A DNA stretch of 64,000 bases, from the IMG/VR virus record IMGVR_UViG_3300032294_001558. One strand, given 5' to 3'. Every line of letters begins with the position of its first letter. The stretch's first letter is position 1. A program made the translations under genes and the position numbers. The notes under the pieces were generated by a model that was not told where the DNA came from, did not search any database, and saw only the letters and a program-made list of their open reading frames with translations. This document shows, in pieces, positions 1 to 8,977 of the stretch. The stretch comes from a virus.

Positions 1-504
1 TACTCAGGCAACAACGCGGATCTTCGTCTTAACCGCATACTTATTGCCGATGGCGCGACATATAGTTACTCCGGCGATAACGCCGATCTAATCTACACTC
101 CAGCCGGTGCATACACGCTTGCAGCAGACGGCGCGACGTACAGCTACTCCGGCGATAACGCTAATCTTGTATACACCCCGGTTGGCGGGTTTACTCTTGT
201 AGCAGACGGAGCGACATATAGTTATTCGGGCGACAATGCAAATCTTTTGCTTGGCCGGGTGCTTGTCGCAGATGGCGTAACATACGGCTACACAGGTAAT
301 AACGCTAATTTCCCGTATAACCGGGTAATCAGACCGATTGGGGCGACGTACGTATATTTTGGTAACAACGCAACGCTTATCTACAGTGGCGGACCTCCAC
401 CAGTAATCGAAGTAATCGGTGTCAGCGGCCCGCAGGTCAATCAGGCGTTCCCCTTTGATGGTGTTACTGAACCCCCTTTCCCAGTTCAAAGAAGGACATC
501 TTGA
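1..504 (+). CDS. 5'-truncated repeat-containing virion (tail-fibre-like) protein, C-terminal part
   Basis: Frame 1 is open from nt 1 to TGA at 502-504. Translation has tandem ~22-aa units (ADGATYSYSGDNANL + 7-10 aa). The track lists only 247..504. Confidence 0.55.
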   Translation, partial: YSGNNADLRLNRILIADGATYSYSGDNADLIYTPAGAYTLAADGATYSYSGDNANLVYTPVGGFTLVADGATYSYSGDNANLLLGRVLVADGVTYGYTGNNANFPYNRVIRPIGATYVYFGNNATLIYSGGPPPVIEVIGVSGPQVNQAFPFDGVTEPPFPVQRRTS

Positions 505-575
505 TGGCTAAGTCTCCGGCGTGGCAGAGAAAAGAGGGCAAACAGCGTTGGGCATGGATGTGCTAAGATGGCTGC

Positions 576-1292
576 ATGCAACGCTTCAACGCTTACATCG
601 TCCGCGCAGCGGGAGATGTTTCTCCGGCTTTTTGTGCAAAATGTGGACAAGACAAGCCGCCCTCGGCATACTATGCTCACAGTAAGCGCCAGGACGGAGC
701 AACAAGGTATCGTCCGTATTGCAAAGAGTGCCGCGTTAAGGGTGGCAGAAAAAATTGGGCAAGGCCCGTTCACGCAGCTATCCTTGCAGCAGACGCGCAA
801 ACTTGCAAAATTTGCGGTGTTGATAAGCCACTTGAAGACTTTTACGCAAACGGCTGTTTTACGGATGGCACAAAAAAATACCGTAGCAGATGCAAAAGTT
901 GTGTACTTACAAGGGCGAAACAAGAACACCCAAAAATTTACGCGTCAAAAGCGCATAAGCGGTCGTCAAGTCCAAAAAACTTCATCTCCGGCATTCTTAA
1001 TCACGCTGCAAAACGCAAACAACATCTTGGGTTTGATATCGACCTTGTTTATCTTCTTCAACTTTATGCGCAACAGCAAGGCTGCTGTGCTTTGTCTGGA
1101 GTTGAAATGACTTACATTGCGGGTTCTGGGCGTGTAAACACCAACATAAGCATTGACAGGATTGACAGTTCTGTAGGCTATGTTCGTGGTAACGTGCAAT
1201 TTGTGTGCGATGTTGTTAACCGCATGAAGCAAGAGTTGCTTCAAGAAGAATTGTTGCTGTGGTGCAAACGCATTCTTGGGTTATCGGCATGA
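576..1292 (+). CDS. HNH-family homing-endonuclease-like protein
   Basis: 238 aa. Two CxxC...CxxC zinc-ribbon repeats (CAKCG..CKEC, CKICG..CKSC), then SIDRIDSSVGYVRGNVQFVCDVVNRMK, a DRID/N..N HNH-type motif common in free-standing phage nucleases. Confidence 0.6.
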   Translation: MQRFNAYIVRAAGDVSPAFCAKCGQDKPPSAYYAHSKRQDGATRYRPYCKECRVKGGRKNWARPVHAAILAADAQTCKICGVDKPLEDFYANGCFTDGTKKYRSRCKSCVLTRAKQEHPKIYASKAHKRSSSPKNFISGILNHAAKRKQHLGFDIDLVYLLQLYAQQQGCCALSGVEMTYIAGSGRVNTNISIDRIDSSVGYVRGNVQFVCDVVNRMKQELLQEELLLWCKRILGLSA

Positions 1293-1549
1293 AGAAACAC
1301 AAAACCCCTGCTTGGTCTAGGGCTGAAGGTCAAAGCGAAAAGGGGGGCCTAAACGCCAAAGGCAGAGCCTCTTACAACCGTGCGAACCCCGGTAAACCGG
1401 GGCTTAAAGCACCGCAGCCTGAAGGCGGTCCAAGAAGGGATTCTTTTTGCGCCCGAATGAAAGGGATGAAAAAGAAACTCACTTCTGCGAAGACGGCAAA
1501 CGACCCAAATTCGCGGATCAACAAATCACTTAAAGCTTGGAACTGCTAA
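1289..1549 (+). CDS. small basic phage protein, function unknown
   Basis: ATG at 1289 overlaps the upstream stop (ATGA). K/G-rich, with GGLNAKGRASYN...SFCARM. The track ORF 1259..1549 uses an upstream alternative start. Confidence 0.5.
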   Translation: MKKHKTPAWSRAEGQSEKGGLNAKGRASYNRANPGKPGLKAPQPEGGPRRDSFCARMKGMKKKLTSAKTANDPNSRINKSLKAWNC

Positions 1550-1550
1550 C

Positions 1551-1727
1551 ATGAAACATGAGCTTTCTGAGCACACAAAGCAACTGGTAGACTTGGCATC
1601 TATCGTAACTGTCGTTGGTGCTCTCGTGGATTTTTTGCCATCTGTTGCAGCACTCTTTACCGTCATTTGGACAGGAATACGTATTTGGGAAACCGATACG
1701 GTCCAAGGTTGGTTTAAGAGGAAGTAA
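1551..1727 (+). CDS. 58-aa membrane mini-protein (below the track size cutoff)
   Basis: ATG 1551 lies 1 nt after the previous stop. The stop overlaps the next start (TAATG). Hydrophobic core LASIVTVVGALVDFLPSVAALFTVIWTGI. Confidence 0.45.
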   Translation: MKHELSEHTKQLVDLASIVTVVGALVDFLPSVAALFTVIWTGIRIWETDTVQGWFKRK

Positions 1728-2065
1728 TGCCGGTCAAGTCTGAAAAGCAGCGCCGGTTTATGTATGCGTCTTTGGCGGGCAAAACGAATGTCCCGCCTAG
1801 CGTCGCCAAGAAATTTGTCGGGCCTAAGGCCCATAACGACGGCGGGTCCGTCAAGGAGACTGACGTGGAATCTAAGAAGATGGTCAAACAGGAGCTTGCC
1901 TTCATGAAAAAGAAGGGTGCTCCTAAGTCGATGATCGCCCATGAGAAGAAAGAAGGCGGCATGAAAAAGGGCGGTGCCGCTAAGTACGCTAAGGGCGGCG
2001 GCATCGAGGCTAAGGGCAAGACCAAGGGTAGAGTCGTCAAAATGAAGTACGGCGGTACTTGCTAG
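1727..2065 (+). CDS. K/G-rich basic protein (DUF3008-like N-terminus)
   Basis: 112 aa. PVKSEKQRRFMYA resembles the KSxxQxRFM motif recalled from memory. Tail is YAKGGGIEAKGKTKG. Confidence 0.5.
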   Translation: MPVKSEKQRRFMYASLAGKTNVPPSVAKKFVGPKAHNDGGSVKETDVESKKMVKQELAFMKKKGAPKSMIAHEKKEGGMKKGGAAKYAKGGGIEAKGKTKGRVVKMKYGGTC

Positions 2066-2068
2066 GAG

Positions 2069-2434
2069 ATGGCTATGGATGCTCAGACTGACGCCGAACT
2101 TCGGCGTATCCGGGACACGGACGACCCAAAGAAGCGCAAGGCGCTGCTGGACGCGCTGAATGCGCGTACAAGGCCCTATCGCGCGCCGCGCGGCTCCCAG
2201 GCCGCTGAACCCCCTGCGCCCGCCCCTGCGCCCGCCCCTGCGCCCGCCTCAGCCCCAGCTTCGACCTCGACGTACAAGTCAACGCGTGTCGATCCTCGCG
2301 AAATCATTAAGCCGGAGATAACCACTAGGCGCCGTATGCGCGAAGCCGAAGAAAGCATGGGGTTCGCCAAAGGCGGGAAGGTTCGCGGCGATGGTTGTGC
2401 TCAGCGGGGCAAGACCAAGGGGACGATGCGTTGA
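2069..2434 (+). CDS. basic protein with (AP)n linker, function unknown
   Basis: 121 aa. AGGAG abuts ATG 2069, so ATG 2075 may be the real start. Tail FAKGGKVRGDGCAQRGKTKG is paralogous to the neighbouring genes. Confidence 0.45.
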   Translation: MAMDAQTDAELRRIRDTDDPKKRKALLDALNARTRPYRAPRGSQAAEPPAPAPAPAPAPASAPASTSTYKSTRVDPREIIKPEITTRRRMREAEESMGFAKGGKVRGDGCAQRGKTKGTMR

Positions 2435-2448
2435 GAAGCTCACGTGGC

Positions 2449-2634
2449 ATGGGGGCGATTCGTGAAGACCTCAAGTTTGCTAAAGGTGGCGGGCTGTACG
2501 CAAACATCCACGCCAAGCGGCAGCGTATTGCCGCTGGATCAGGCGAAAAAATGCGCCCGCCCGGCGCTCCCGGCGCTCCTACGCCCCAAGCCTTCAAACG
2601 GTCCGCAAAAACTGTAAAAGGTCCGAGGAAGTAA
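2449..2634 (+). CDS. small basic protein, function unknown
   Basis: ATG 2449 lies inside track ORF 2395..2634, which starts at TTG and overlaps the upstream gene. Contains KFAKGGGLYANIHAKRQRI. Confidence 0.4.
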   Translation: MGAIREDLKFAKGGGLYANIHAKRQRIAAGSGEKMRPPGAPGAPTPQAFKRSAKTVKGPRK

Positions 2635-2635
2635 T

Positions 2636-3427
2636 ATGCAGCGATACTTCGACGTTGTTCAAGACCGCAGCGGTAACGCTATCGCGGGCGCTTCGGTTTC
2701 TGTATACGTCGGTAGTACGTCTAACCTAGCGACTATCTATAGCGACAATGGTGTAACGCTGACCGCTAACCCGCTCACTACTAATGGTGACGGTGAATAT
2801 GCTTTTTATGCGGCAAACGGTACTTACACCCTTACTATTGAAGCTACAAACTATAGCTCCGAAAACAAGCCTGGAACGGTTCTTTTTGACCCGGCGGATT
2901 CTGTATCACTTGCTACTGGCTCGGTCAACTACCTCAATGTACTTGGCGGTAACACCCTACAGCCCGCAGTTGTTAGCGCGCTTGGCGGGGACGCCAGCAT
3001 CGGCTTGGCGCTGCGTCCGAAGGGTTCAGGCGCGATTCTGGCGCAGGATAGCGCGGGGCTCACTGTGGCCGAACTTGGTAGCACGGGTTCGCGGTTTCCA
3101 CGCGTAGCGTACTCGCCGTTTGTCTCGCTCACCGATCAGGCGTCGATTCTGTTGAATGGCTCGCTGGGGAACAGTTTCATTGTGACCCTGGCCGGCAACC
3201 GTACGCTGGCGAACCCCAGCAACCTCACGGATGGGGCGGTGTATAACATCTGGATCAAACAAGACGCCACTGGGGGCCGCACGCTAACTTACGGCTCAAA
3301 GTTTAAATGGCCTGGGGGCGTGGCCCCATCACTAACTACTGCGGCTAATGCGCTTGATTTCATGTCTTGTCAATACAATCTGGCACAAGACATTCTTGTC
3401 TGCGTTATGCAAAACGACGTCAAGTAG
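2636..3427 (+). CDS. tail-fibre/virion protein with beta-sandwich-like N-domain
   Basis: 263 aa. MQRYFDVVQDRSGNAIAGASVSVY..GDGEYAFY resembles N-domains seen in phage fibre proteins. Tightly packed in the virion block. Confidence 0.5.
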   Translation: MQRYFDVVQDRSGNAIAGASVSVYVGSTSNLATIYSDNGVTLTANPLTTNGDGEYAFYAANGTYTLTIEATNYSSENKPGTVLFDPADSVSLATGSVNYLNVLGGNTLQPAVVSALGGDASIGLALRPKGSGAILAQDSAGLTVAELGSTGSRFPRVAYSPFVSLTDQASILLNGSLGNSFIVTLAGNRTLANPSNLTDGAVYNIWIKQDATGGRTLTYGSKFKWPGGVAPSLTTAANALDFMSCQYNLAQDILVCVMQNDVK

Positions 3428-3436
3428 GCTGGTACT

Positions 3437-4165
3437 ATGACTGTTCTAAATAACAATGTAACACCAGTAAATAACGTATCTAACGCTGCGTTATTTAACC
3501 CAGACCTTAGCGAGATTGTTGAGGAAGCGTTTGAGCGCTGCGGCAGTGAGCTTCGCACAGGTTACGACCTGCGTACGGCGCGGCGGTCGATGAATCTGTT
3601 GTTCGCAGATTGGGCGAATCGGGGCATTAATCTATGGACCGTTGAGCAGGGGTCACAAGTACTGACGGCGGGCACTGCTACGTACACACTCCCGGGCGAT
3701 ACGGTTGATCTGATGGAGCATGTTATCCGTACGGGGGCGGGCAGTACAGCTACGCAGACCGACCTCACCATTACGCGTATCAGTGTTTCTACGTACTCGT
3801 CCATCCCGAACAAGCTGCAACAAGCGCGACCGATCCAGGTTTACATTGACCGACAACAAGCTGCGCCGAAGTTCACTGTGTGGCCGGTGCCGGATAGTTC
3901 TCAGACGTACACTTTCGTCTATTGGCGGCTTCGCCGTATCGATGATGCTGGGTCTGGCGGGGCCAACACGCAGGATGTCCCGTTCCGGTTCCTGAACGCG
4001 CTCGTCGCGGGACTTGCCTACTACCTAGCGCTGAAGATTCCTGGCGCGGCCGAACGCCTGCCGATTCTCAAACAACAGTATGACGAGGCGTGGGACTTGG
4101 CGAGCACTGAAGACCGCGAGAAAGCCGCGGTGAGATTCGTCCCCAGGCAGATGTTTATTGGGTGA
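3437..4165 (+). CDS. virion structural protein (possible adaptor), function unknown
   Basis: 242-aa ORF, co-oriented and tightly spaced in the structural block. No diagnostic motif. Confidence 0.45.
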   Translation: MTVLNNNVTPVNNVSNAALFNPDLSEIVEEAFERCGSELRTGYDLRTARRSMNLLFADWANRGINLWTVEQGSQVLTAGTATYTLPGDTVDLMEHVIRTGAGSTATQTDLTITRISVSTYSSIPNKLQQARPIQVYIDRQQAAPKFTVWPVPDSSQTYTFVYWRLRRIDDAGSGGANTQDVPFRFLNALVAGLAYYLALKIPGAAERLPILKQQYDEAWDLASTEDREKAAVRFVPRQMFIG

Positions 4166-4168
4166 CGC

Positions 4169-4819
4169 ATGTTCACGGTAGGCCCTGCTTTGCTTGGGAC
4201 CGGCGTAAAGATTTCATTTGTAGGGATCGGCACGCCAAACGCCAATATCAATTTTCCTACAGTTGTGCCGGCACACAATGCTGGTGACATAATTGTTACG
4301 CTTGATGTTGGCACTTCAGGAGTTATTCCCAACTTAAGATCGGGATATACTACGCTTTGCACTTGCAATGGGGCGTTTATTGGTGGCGCGCGACTTTCAG
4401 CTATTGCCGATACAAGTAATAGTATTACAAGTCTTGCGGCGGCGAGCGGGGCTGCTATGCCGCCGATAGTCGCAATATACAGAAACGCGCAAGTGAACCC
4501 GGGATCATTTGGAAGCGGTGTAGAAACAGTAGGTGGAAGCAATCCGCGTAATTGGCCTAGTCTCGCCGCATTTGTCGGTAGTGGTTCGTGGGTTATCGGT
4601 ATGCTGGGGACGAATAATCAATATCCGGTTGTGCTAACAGCCGGTGATACGCCGGGAATGGTGCAACGCACTATTAAACCGGCCGGATGGGGCGGCTCTA
4701 CATACGCAATTTTTGATTCAAACGGTGTTCTAAGTAGTTTTACAGGATACACATGGAATGCCAATGAAGCAGCTAGCACTGCGAACATTTCAGCCGCTGC
4801 CGAGTTGAGAAGGAAATAA
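4169..4819 (+). CDS. virion-associated protein, function unknown
   Basis: 216-aa ORF starting 4 nt after the previous stop. G/S/T/N-rich, fibre-like composition. Confidence 0.45.
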   Translation: MFTVGPALLGTGVKISFVGIGTPNANINFPTVVPAHNAGDIIVTLDVGTSGVIPNLRSGYTTLCTCNGAFIGGARLSAIADTSNSITSLAAASGAAMPPIVAIYRNAQVNPGSFGSGVETVGGSNPRNWPSLAAFVGSGSWVIGMLGTNNQYPVVLTAGDTPGMVQRTIKPAGWGGSTYAIFDSNGVLSSFTGYTWNANEAASTANISAAAELRRK

Positions 4820-4822
4820 AGC

Positions 4823-5206
4823 ATGGCAAATCGCTTTGCTAATGGCGCTAAAGCGTTTGGGTTTTGCGACGTTTGTGGGTTCCGTTTCAACCTGAAGAAG
4901 CTGAAGAACCTTACCGTCAAGACAAAGCAGACACAGATTCGCGCGTGCCCGCAGTGCTGGGTGCCCGATCAGCCGCAACTGCAACTCGGCATGTATCCCG
5001 TCGCGGATCCTCAAGCGATTCGCGACCCGCGCCCTGATACGAACACATGGGTTGCTTCCGGTACGGGCGTTTCCGGGTTCCCTGGCGAAGGCAGTCGTGT
5101 TACTCAGTGGGGCTGGGCTCCCGTAGGCGGCCCCAACGCAGTTCTGGGCTCCGTCGTCCCCAACGCCTTGCTTGGACAAGGTGTTCTTGGTACAGTGACC
5201 TTCTAG
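4823..5206 (+). CDS. zinc-ribbon protein, function unknown
   Basis: 127 aa with CDVCG...CPQC. Confidence 0.45.
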   Translation: MANRFANGAKAFGFCDVCGFRFNLKKLKNLTVKTKQTQIRACPQCWVPDQPQLQLGMYPVADPQAIRDPRPDTNTWVASGTGVSGFPGEGSRVTQWGWAPVGGPNAVLGSVVPNALLGQGVLGTVTF

Positions 5207-5215
5207 GAGATTTTT

Positions 5216-5368
5216 ATGGCTACAACCCCTGAAAAAGCTGTCCGTAAGCACGAGAAGCGGATGCACCCCGGCAAGACCCCTTCGTTTAAGAAGGGCGGGC
5301 CTACGACCGACGATTACAAGCGCCTCGGCCGTAACATGGCGCGTGCCATGAACCAGAAAGGCCGCTGA
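5216..5368 (+). CDS. 50-aa basic mini-protein (below the track cutoff)
   Basis: AGGAGA lies 5 nt upstream of ATG 5216. Sequence is MATTPEKAVRKHEKRMHPGKTPSFKKGG.... The stop is 1 nt before the next ATG. Confidence 0.4.
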   Translation: MATTPEKAVRKHEKRMHPGKTPSFKKGGPTTDDYKRLGRNMARAMNQKGR

Positions 5369-5369
5369 G

Positions 5370-5552
5370 ATGAAGACCAAAACTACCAAGGCCCCAGCAG
5401 CCGGCCAAACGGCTCCAGGCGTCGAGACGCTGAATGTCTCTGTGGCGAACGAGCGGGCCAAGCCGTATGGCGGTGTCAAGACTGCGGGCGTGCAGATGCG
5501 AGGTACAGGCGCGGCTACGAAAGGTAAGATGTCGCGCGGCCCGATGGGGTGA
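5370..5552 (+). CDS. small basic protein, function unknown
   Basis: 60 aa. The tail VQMRGTGAATKGKMSRGPMG resembles the tails of 1727..2434. Confidence 0.4.
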   Translation: MKTKTTKAPAAGQTAPGVETLNVSVANERAKPYGGVKTAGVQMRGTGAATKGKMSRGPMG

Positions 5553-5555
5553 TCT

Positions 5556-6215
5556 ATGCCGATGACATATACGCAGCTTCAAGCTGCGGTATCATACTAC
5601 ACTGAGAATACATTTTCGGCAGTAGACTTTGCTACTATGACTCGGCTTGCCGAGCAAAAAGTCTATAGTGTAGTCCAGCTTCCTACGCTCCGTAAAACGG
5701 CGACGCTGACGTTTAACGTTGGTGTTCAGACGATCAATCTACCTACAGATTTTTTGTCGTCGTATAGTTTTGCGGTGGTTCTGCCAACAGGCGAATACGC
5801 GTACATGCTGAATAAAGATGTCAACTTTATTCAGGAAGCATACCCAAGTCCTGTGTTCTCAGGCGTTCCCAAGTACTACGCGCTTGCTGGCACCGTGAGC
5901 AACCCATTGGTGCAAGTAGCAGTAGTTGGGCCTGCGCCCCAGCTTGGGTACGATACGGCACTCAATTACGCGGCGTACCCCGAAAGCATCACGGTTGCGA
6001 CTACAGGCACTTCTTGGTTGGGTAACAACTTCGAGTCTGTACTATTCAACGGAGTGATGGTCGAAGCTGCCCGTGCCATGAAGCAAGAGCCCGATATTGT
6101 CGCCATGTATGAGAAGCAGTTCCAAGAGTCGTTGATGCTCGTTAAGGAACTCGGTGACGGGCGGAACCGCCGCGACGCATATCGCTCCGGCCAGACACGC
6201 TCTGGGGTGACCTGA
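5556..6215 (+). CDS. virion protein (possible head-tail connector component)
   Basis: 219 aa. The N-terminus MTYTQLQAAVSYYTENT... recalls neck/adaptor-type phage proteins, from memory only. Confidence 0.45.
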   Translation: MPMTYTQLQAAVSYYTENTFSAVDFATMTRLAEQKVYSVVQLPTLRKTATLTFNVGVQTINLPTDFLSSYSFAVVLPTGEYAYMLNKDVNFIQEAYPSPVFSGVPKYYALAGTVSNPLVQVAVVGPAPQLGYDTALNYAAYPESITVATTGTSWLGNNFESVLFNGVMVEAARAMKQEPDIVAMYEKQFQESLMLVKELGDGRNRRDAYRSGQTRSGVT

Positions 6216-6631
6216 TGCCTATCATCCAAGGACTTGTTTCGTCGTTCAAGCTAGAGTCTTGGCAGGCGATCCACGACTTTCCAACAGATACACTCAAGTT
6301 TGCACTTTATACCGCCAATGCCTCGCTTAACTCCACTACGACGACATACACCAGTGCTAACGAAGTCACTGCTGTGGGCTACACTGCTGGTGGCGTTGTG
6401 CTTTCTGGTGTCACTCTCACTCTAAATAACGGGGCCGCCTGTCTATCTTTTGATAACCCAACGTGGGCAGGTGTAAATTTTGTCTGCCGAGGCGCGTTGA
6501 TTTATAACGCCAGCAAAGCCAATCGAGCAATTGCGGTGCTAGATTTTGGCGCGGACAAGACCGCCTCTGGTACTTTTGTTGTACCCATTCCAGCGAATAC
6601 TTCTTCTACGGCGATTATCCGCTTCCAGTAA
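6215..6631 (+). CDS. virion protein, function unknown
   Basis: 138 aa. The start overlaps the previous stop (TGATG). Confidence 0.45.
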   Translation: MPIIQGLVSSFKLESWQAIHDFPTDTLKFALYTANASLNSTTTTYTSANEVTAVGYTAGGVVLSGVTLTLNNGAACLSFDNPTWAGVNFVCRGALIYNASKANRAIAVLDFGADKTASGTFVVPIPANTSSTAIIRFQ

Positions 6632-6639
6632 GGACAGTC

Positions 6640-8163
6640 ATGCCTACTAGTTTCACTCCCCTGCTCGGTCTCGCGCTACCTGCTACAGGCGAATTGTCGG
6701 GCACCTGGGGCGATACGGTTAACAACTCCATTACGTCTTTGGTTGAAAGCGCTGTAGCTGGCACTACAACGTTAAATACTGATGCAGATGTTACGCTAAC
6801 GACTAACACGGGTGCTAGCAACCAAGCGCGGCAGGCTGTATTGCTCTGCACGGGCGCGCGTACGGCGCAAAGAACAATTACCGCCCCAGCGCAATCGAAG
6901 ACGTACATTGTCGTAAATAATACTACGGGCGGGTTTTCTGTAAAGCTTGTTGGGTCAGGTCCTACAGCAGGTATTACTGTTGATAGTGGGGAACGTGCGC
7001 TAGTTGTGTGGAATGGGTCCGATTTTGTCAAGCTAGGCTACGCGAGCGGGGTAGGGGTGTTCACCAGTGTTGTCGCCGGTTCGGGCACAGCGGCGCTGCC
7101 GTCTTACTCCTTCCTCGGAGACACCGATACGGGAATGTTCTCGCCGGCCGCCAATACGCTGGCCTGGAGCGTAGGCGGGACGGATGGCGTGCGGCTGGAC
7201 TCCAGCGGGAACCTTGGGATCGGAGTGGCGAGTCCGGGTAGTCGACTGCACGTTAGCAGTTCTGCATCAGAGATCGCACGGTTTCAGACCTCCGGCGCGG
7301 ATATGTATCTGCGCTTCGTAAACAGTGTCGACCCAAACGGATACATCGGCTACCAAAACAGGGCATTGACGTTTTGGACTGCCAACGTCCAATGCATGAG
7401 TCTCGACGCCTCGGGCAACCTCGGCCTGGGGGTGACGCCGAGTGCGTGGGGCCCCGCGTACAAGGCGATGCAGCTATTTTTTGGAGGTGGGCCGTTCACT
7501 TCAAATGCCGGCGCGGTTGGTTTTACTGGTAACTGTTTCCATAACGGCTCAAACTGGGTGTATGCATCCAGCAACCCTGCTACTCGTTACGAACTTGGAC
7601 CAGATAGCGGCAACCATCGATGGTTCACCGCCCCCTCCGGCACCGCAGGCAACGCGATCACGTTTACTCAGGCGATGACGCTGACTTCGGCCGGACTTCT
7701 CCAGCTAGCAGCCGGTAACACTGGTGGTGGCGTTGCACTCAATAACGCAGCTAATACGTCGCCTACTGTTCTTGATTGGTACGAAGAGGGCACGTTCACC
7801 CCGACGCTCACGGGTATCGGCACACCAACATACACTACGCAGTCAGGCTCTTATACACGGATCGGGAACGTAGTCCACTTCAATATTACGCTTAATTGGA
7901 CTGATGGGACAAACGGCGCGGGTATTACCGTGGCTAGCCTCCCGTTCACGGCCGCTGGGGCCAATACACCAGTAAGTGTCAGTGTTAACTACCTAGGCAA
8001 TGCGAGTTTCACGTGGACAGGCGTGGTTAAGGCATACGTTAGTGGCGGGACGGCGAATATCGCCCTGGTCGTAGAAAGTTCTGGCGCTTCCAATGGGACG
8101 CTGCTAAACCCTAGCGCGGGTACTAAAGATGTGATTATCTCTGGTACTTACAGGGTTGCATAA
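6640..8163 (+). CDS. tail fibre protein
   Basis: 507 aa. N-terminus MPTSFTPLLGLALPATGELSGTWGDTVNNSIT is typical of phage fibre N-termini. G/S/T/N-rich body. Confidence 0.6.
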   Translation: MPTSFTPLLGLALPATGELSGTWGDTVNNSITSLVESAVAGTTTLNTDADVTLTTNTGASNQARQAVLLCTGARTAQRTITAPAQSKTYIVVNNTTGGFSVKLVGSGPTAGITVDSGERALVVWNGSDFVKLGYASGVGVFTSVVAGSGTAALPSYSFLGDTDTGMFSPAANTLAWSVGGTDGVRLDSSGNLGIGVASPGSRLHVSSSASEIARFQTSGADMYLRFVNSVDPNGYIGYQNRALTFWTANVQCMSLDASGNLGLGVTPSAWGPAYKAMQLFFGGGPFTSNAGAVGFTGNCFHNGSNWVYASSNPATRYELGPDSGNHRWFTAPSGTAGNAITFTQAMTLTSAGLLQLAAGNTGGGVALNNAANTSPTVLDWYEEGTFTPTLTGIGTPTYTTQSGSYTRIGNVVHFNITLNWTDGTNGAGITVASLPFTAAGANTPVSVSVNYLGNASFTWTGVVKAYVSGGTANIALVVESSGASNGTLLNPSAGTKDVIISGTYRVA

Positions 8164-8411
8164 TGAAACTTCCAATTTTTCCACAAGACAAAGCGAACCA
8201 TTTTATTTACGGCGCCGCAGTCACTTCCTTGGTAGCTTTGTTCAGCGTTGTAGCAGCGATCATTTTATGTGTAGTCGTCGCAGTTGGAAGGGAGGTATAT
8301 AACAAGGTGTACGGCGGTGAGGTGTCCTTGGCGGATATCGCATGGACGCTTGCAGGGGGGGCCGTAGTACTGTTTCCGTTTCTCCGGCAACAAATTCCCT
8401 CTATTTTTTGA
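8163..8411 (+). CDS. small membrane protein (holin/antiholin candidate)
   Basis: 82 aa with 2-3 hydrophobic helices. Start overlaps the fibre stop (TAATG). Lies immediately upstream of the lysis genes. Confidence 0.45.
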   Translation: MKLPIFPQDKANHFIYGAAVTSLVALFSVVAAIILCVVVAVGREVYNKVYGGEVSLADIAWTLAGGAVVLFPFLRQQIPSIF

Positions 8412-8431
8412 TAACTACGGTTTATTGAACT

Positions 8432-8977
8432 ATGCCACTTCCTGCATTTCTTGCTCCACTACTGGCCCAAGGACTCAGCCTTCTTAGTAATGCTGCGCTC
8501 GCTAAAGGCAAAGAGTGGGTCGAACAGAAGACGGGCGTCAGCCTCGATCAACCGCTGTCGTCAGAAGATGTACTGAAGCTTCGTCAGTATGAGATGGATC
8601 ACGAGGAGGAGCTTATCAGGCTTCGGCAGGAAGACGATAAGCTTAAAGCGACGCTGGAGCTTGCGTATCTTGAAGATGTACAAAATGCACGAGATCTACA
8701 GAAAGCCGCTCTGGCGCAGAACGATTTGTTTGCAAAGCGCTTCATCTACTACCTCGCGATCTTCTGGAGTGTCGCAGCGGTTCTCTACATCGGATTTATC
8801 ACGTTTGCGGAGATCCCCGAAGCGAATGTACGTTTTGCTGACACAATTCTTGGTTTCTTGTTGGGCACATTGATCGCTACCATCATGAACTTCTTCTACG
8901 GCTCTAGTCGCGGCAGTGCAACTAAGGGGCAGGTACTTGAGGATGTTGTGTCTAAGGTTGCGGGGGACAAGCAATGA
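8432..8977 (+). CDS. holin, 3-TM GTA-type (tentative)
   Basis: 181 aa. Amphipathic N-terminus, a coiled segment, then C-terminal TM helices (FIYYLAIFWSVAAVLYIGFITF; FLLGTLIATIMNFFYG). Overlaps the endolysin start. Confidence 0.5.
   Translation: MPLPAFLAPLLAQGLSLLSNAALAKGKEWVEQKTGVSLDQPLSSEDVLKLRQYEMDHEEELIRLRQEDDKLKATLELAYLEDVQNARDLQKAALAQNDLFAKRFIYYLAIFWSVAAVLYIGFITFAEIPEANVRFADTILGFLLGTLIATIMNFFYGSSRGSATKGQVLEDVVSKVAGDKQ

Noticed and set aside
88-489. The 133-aa antisense ORF across the fibre repeat region.
   Set aside because: It is antisense to a frame that is open from the window edge and shows a clear protein repeat. No translation signals were seen.
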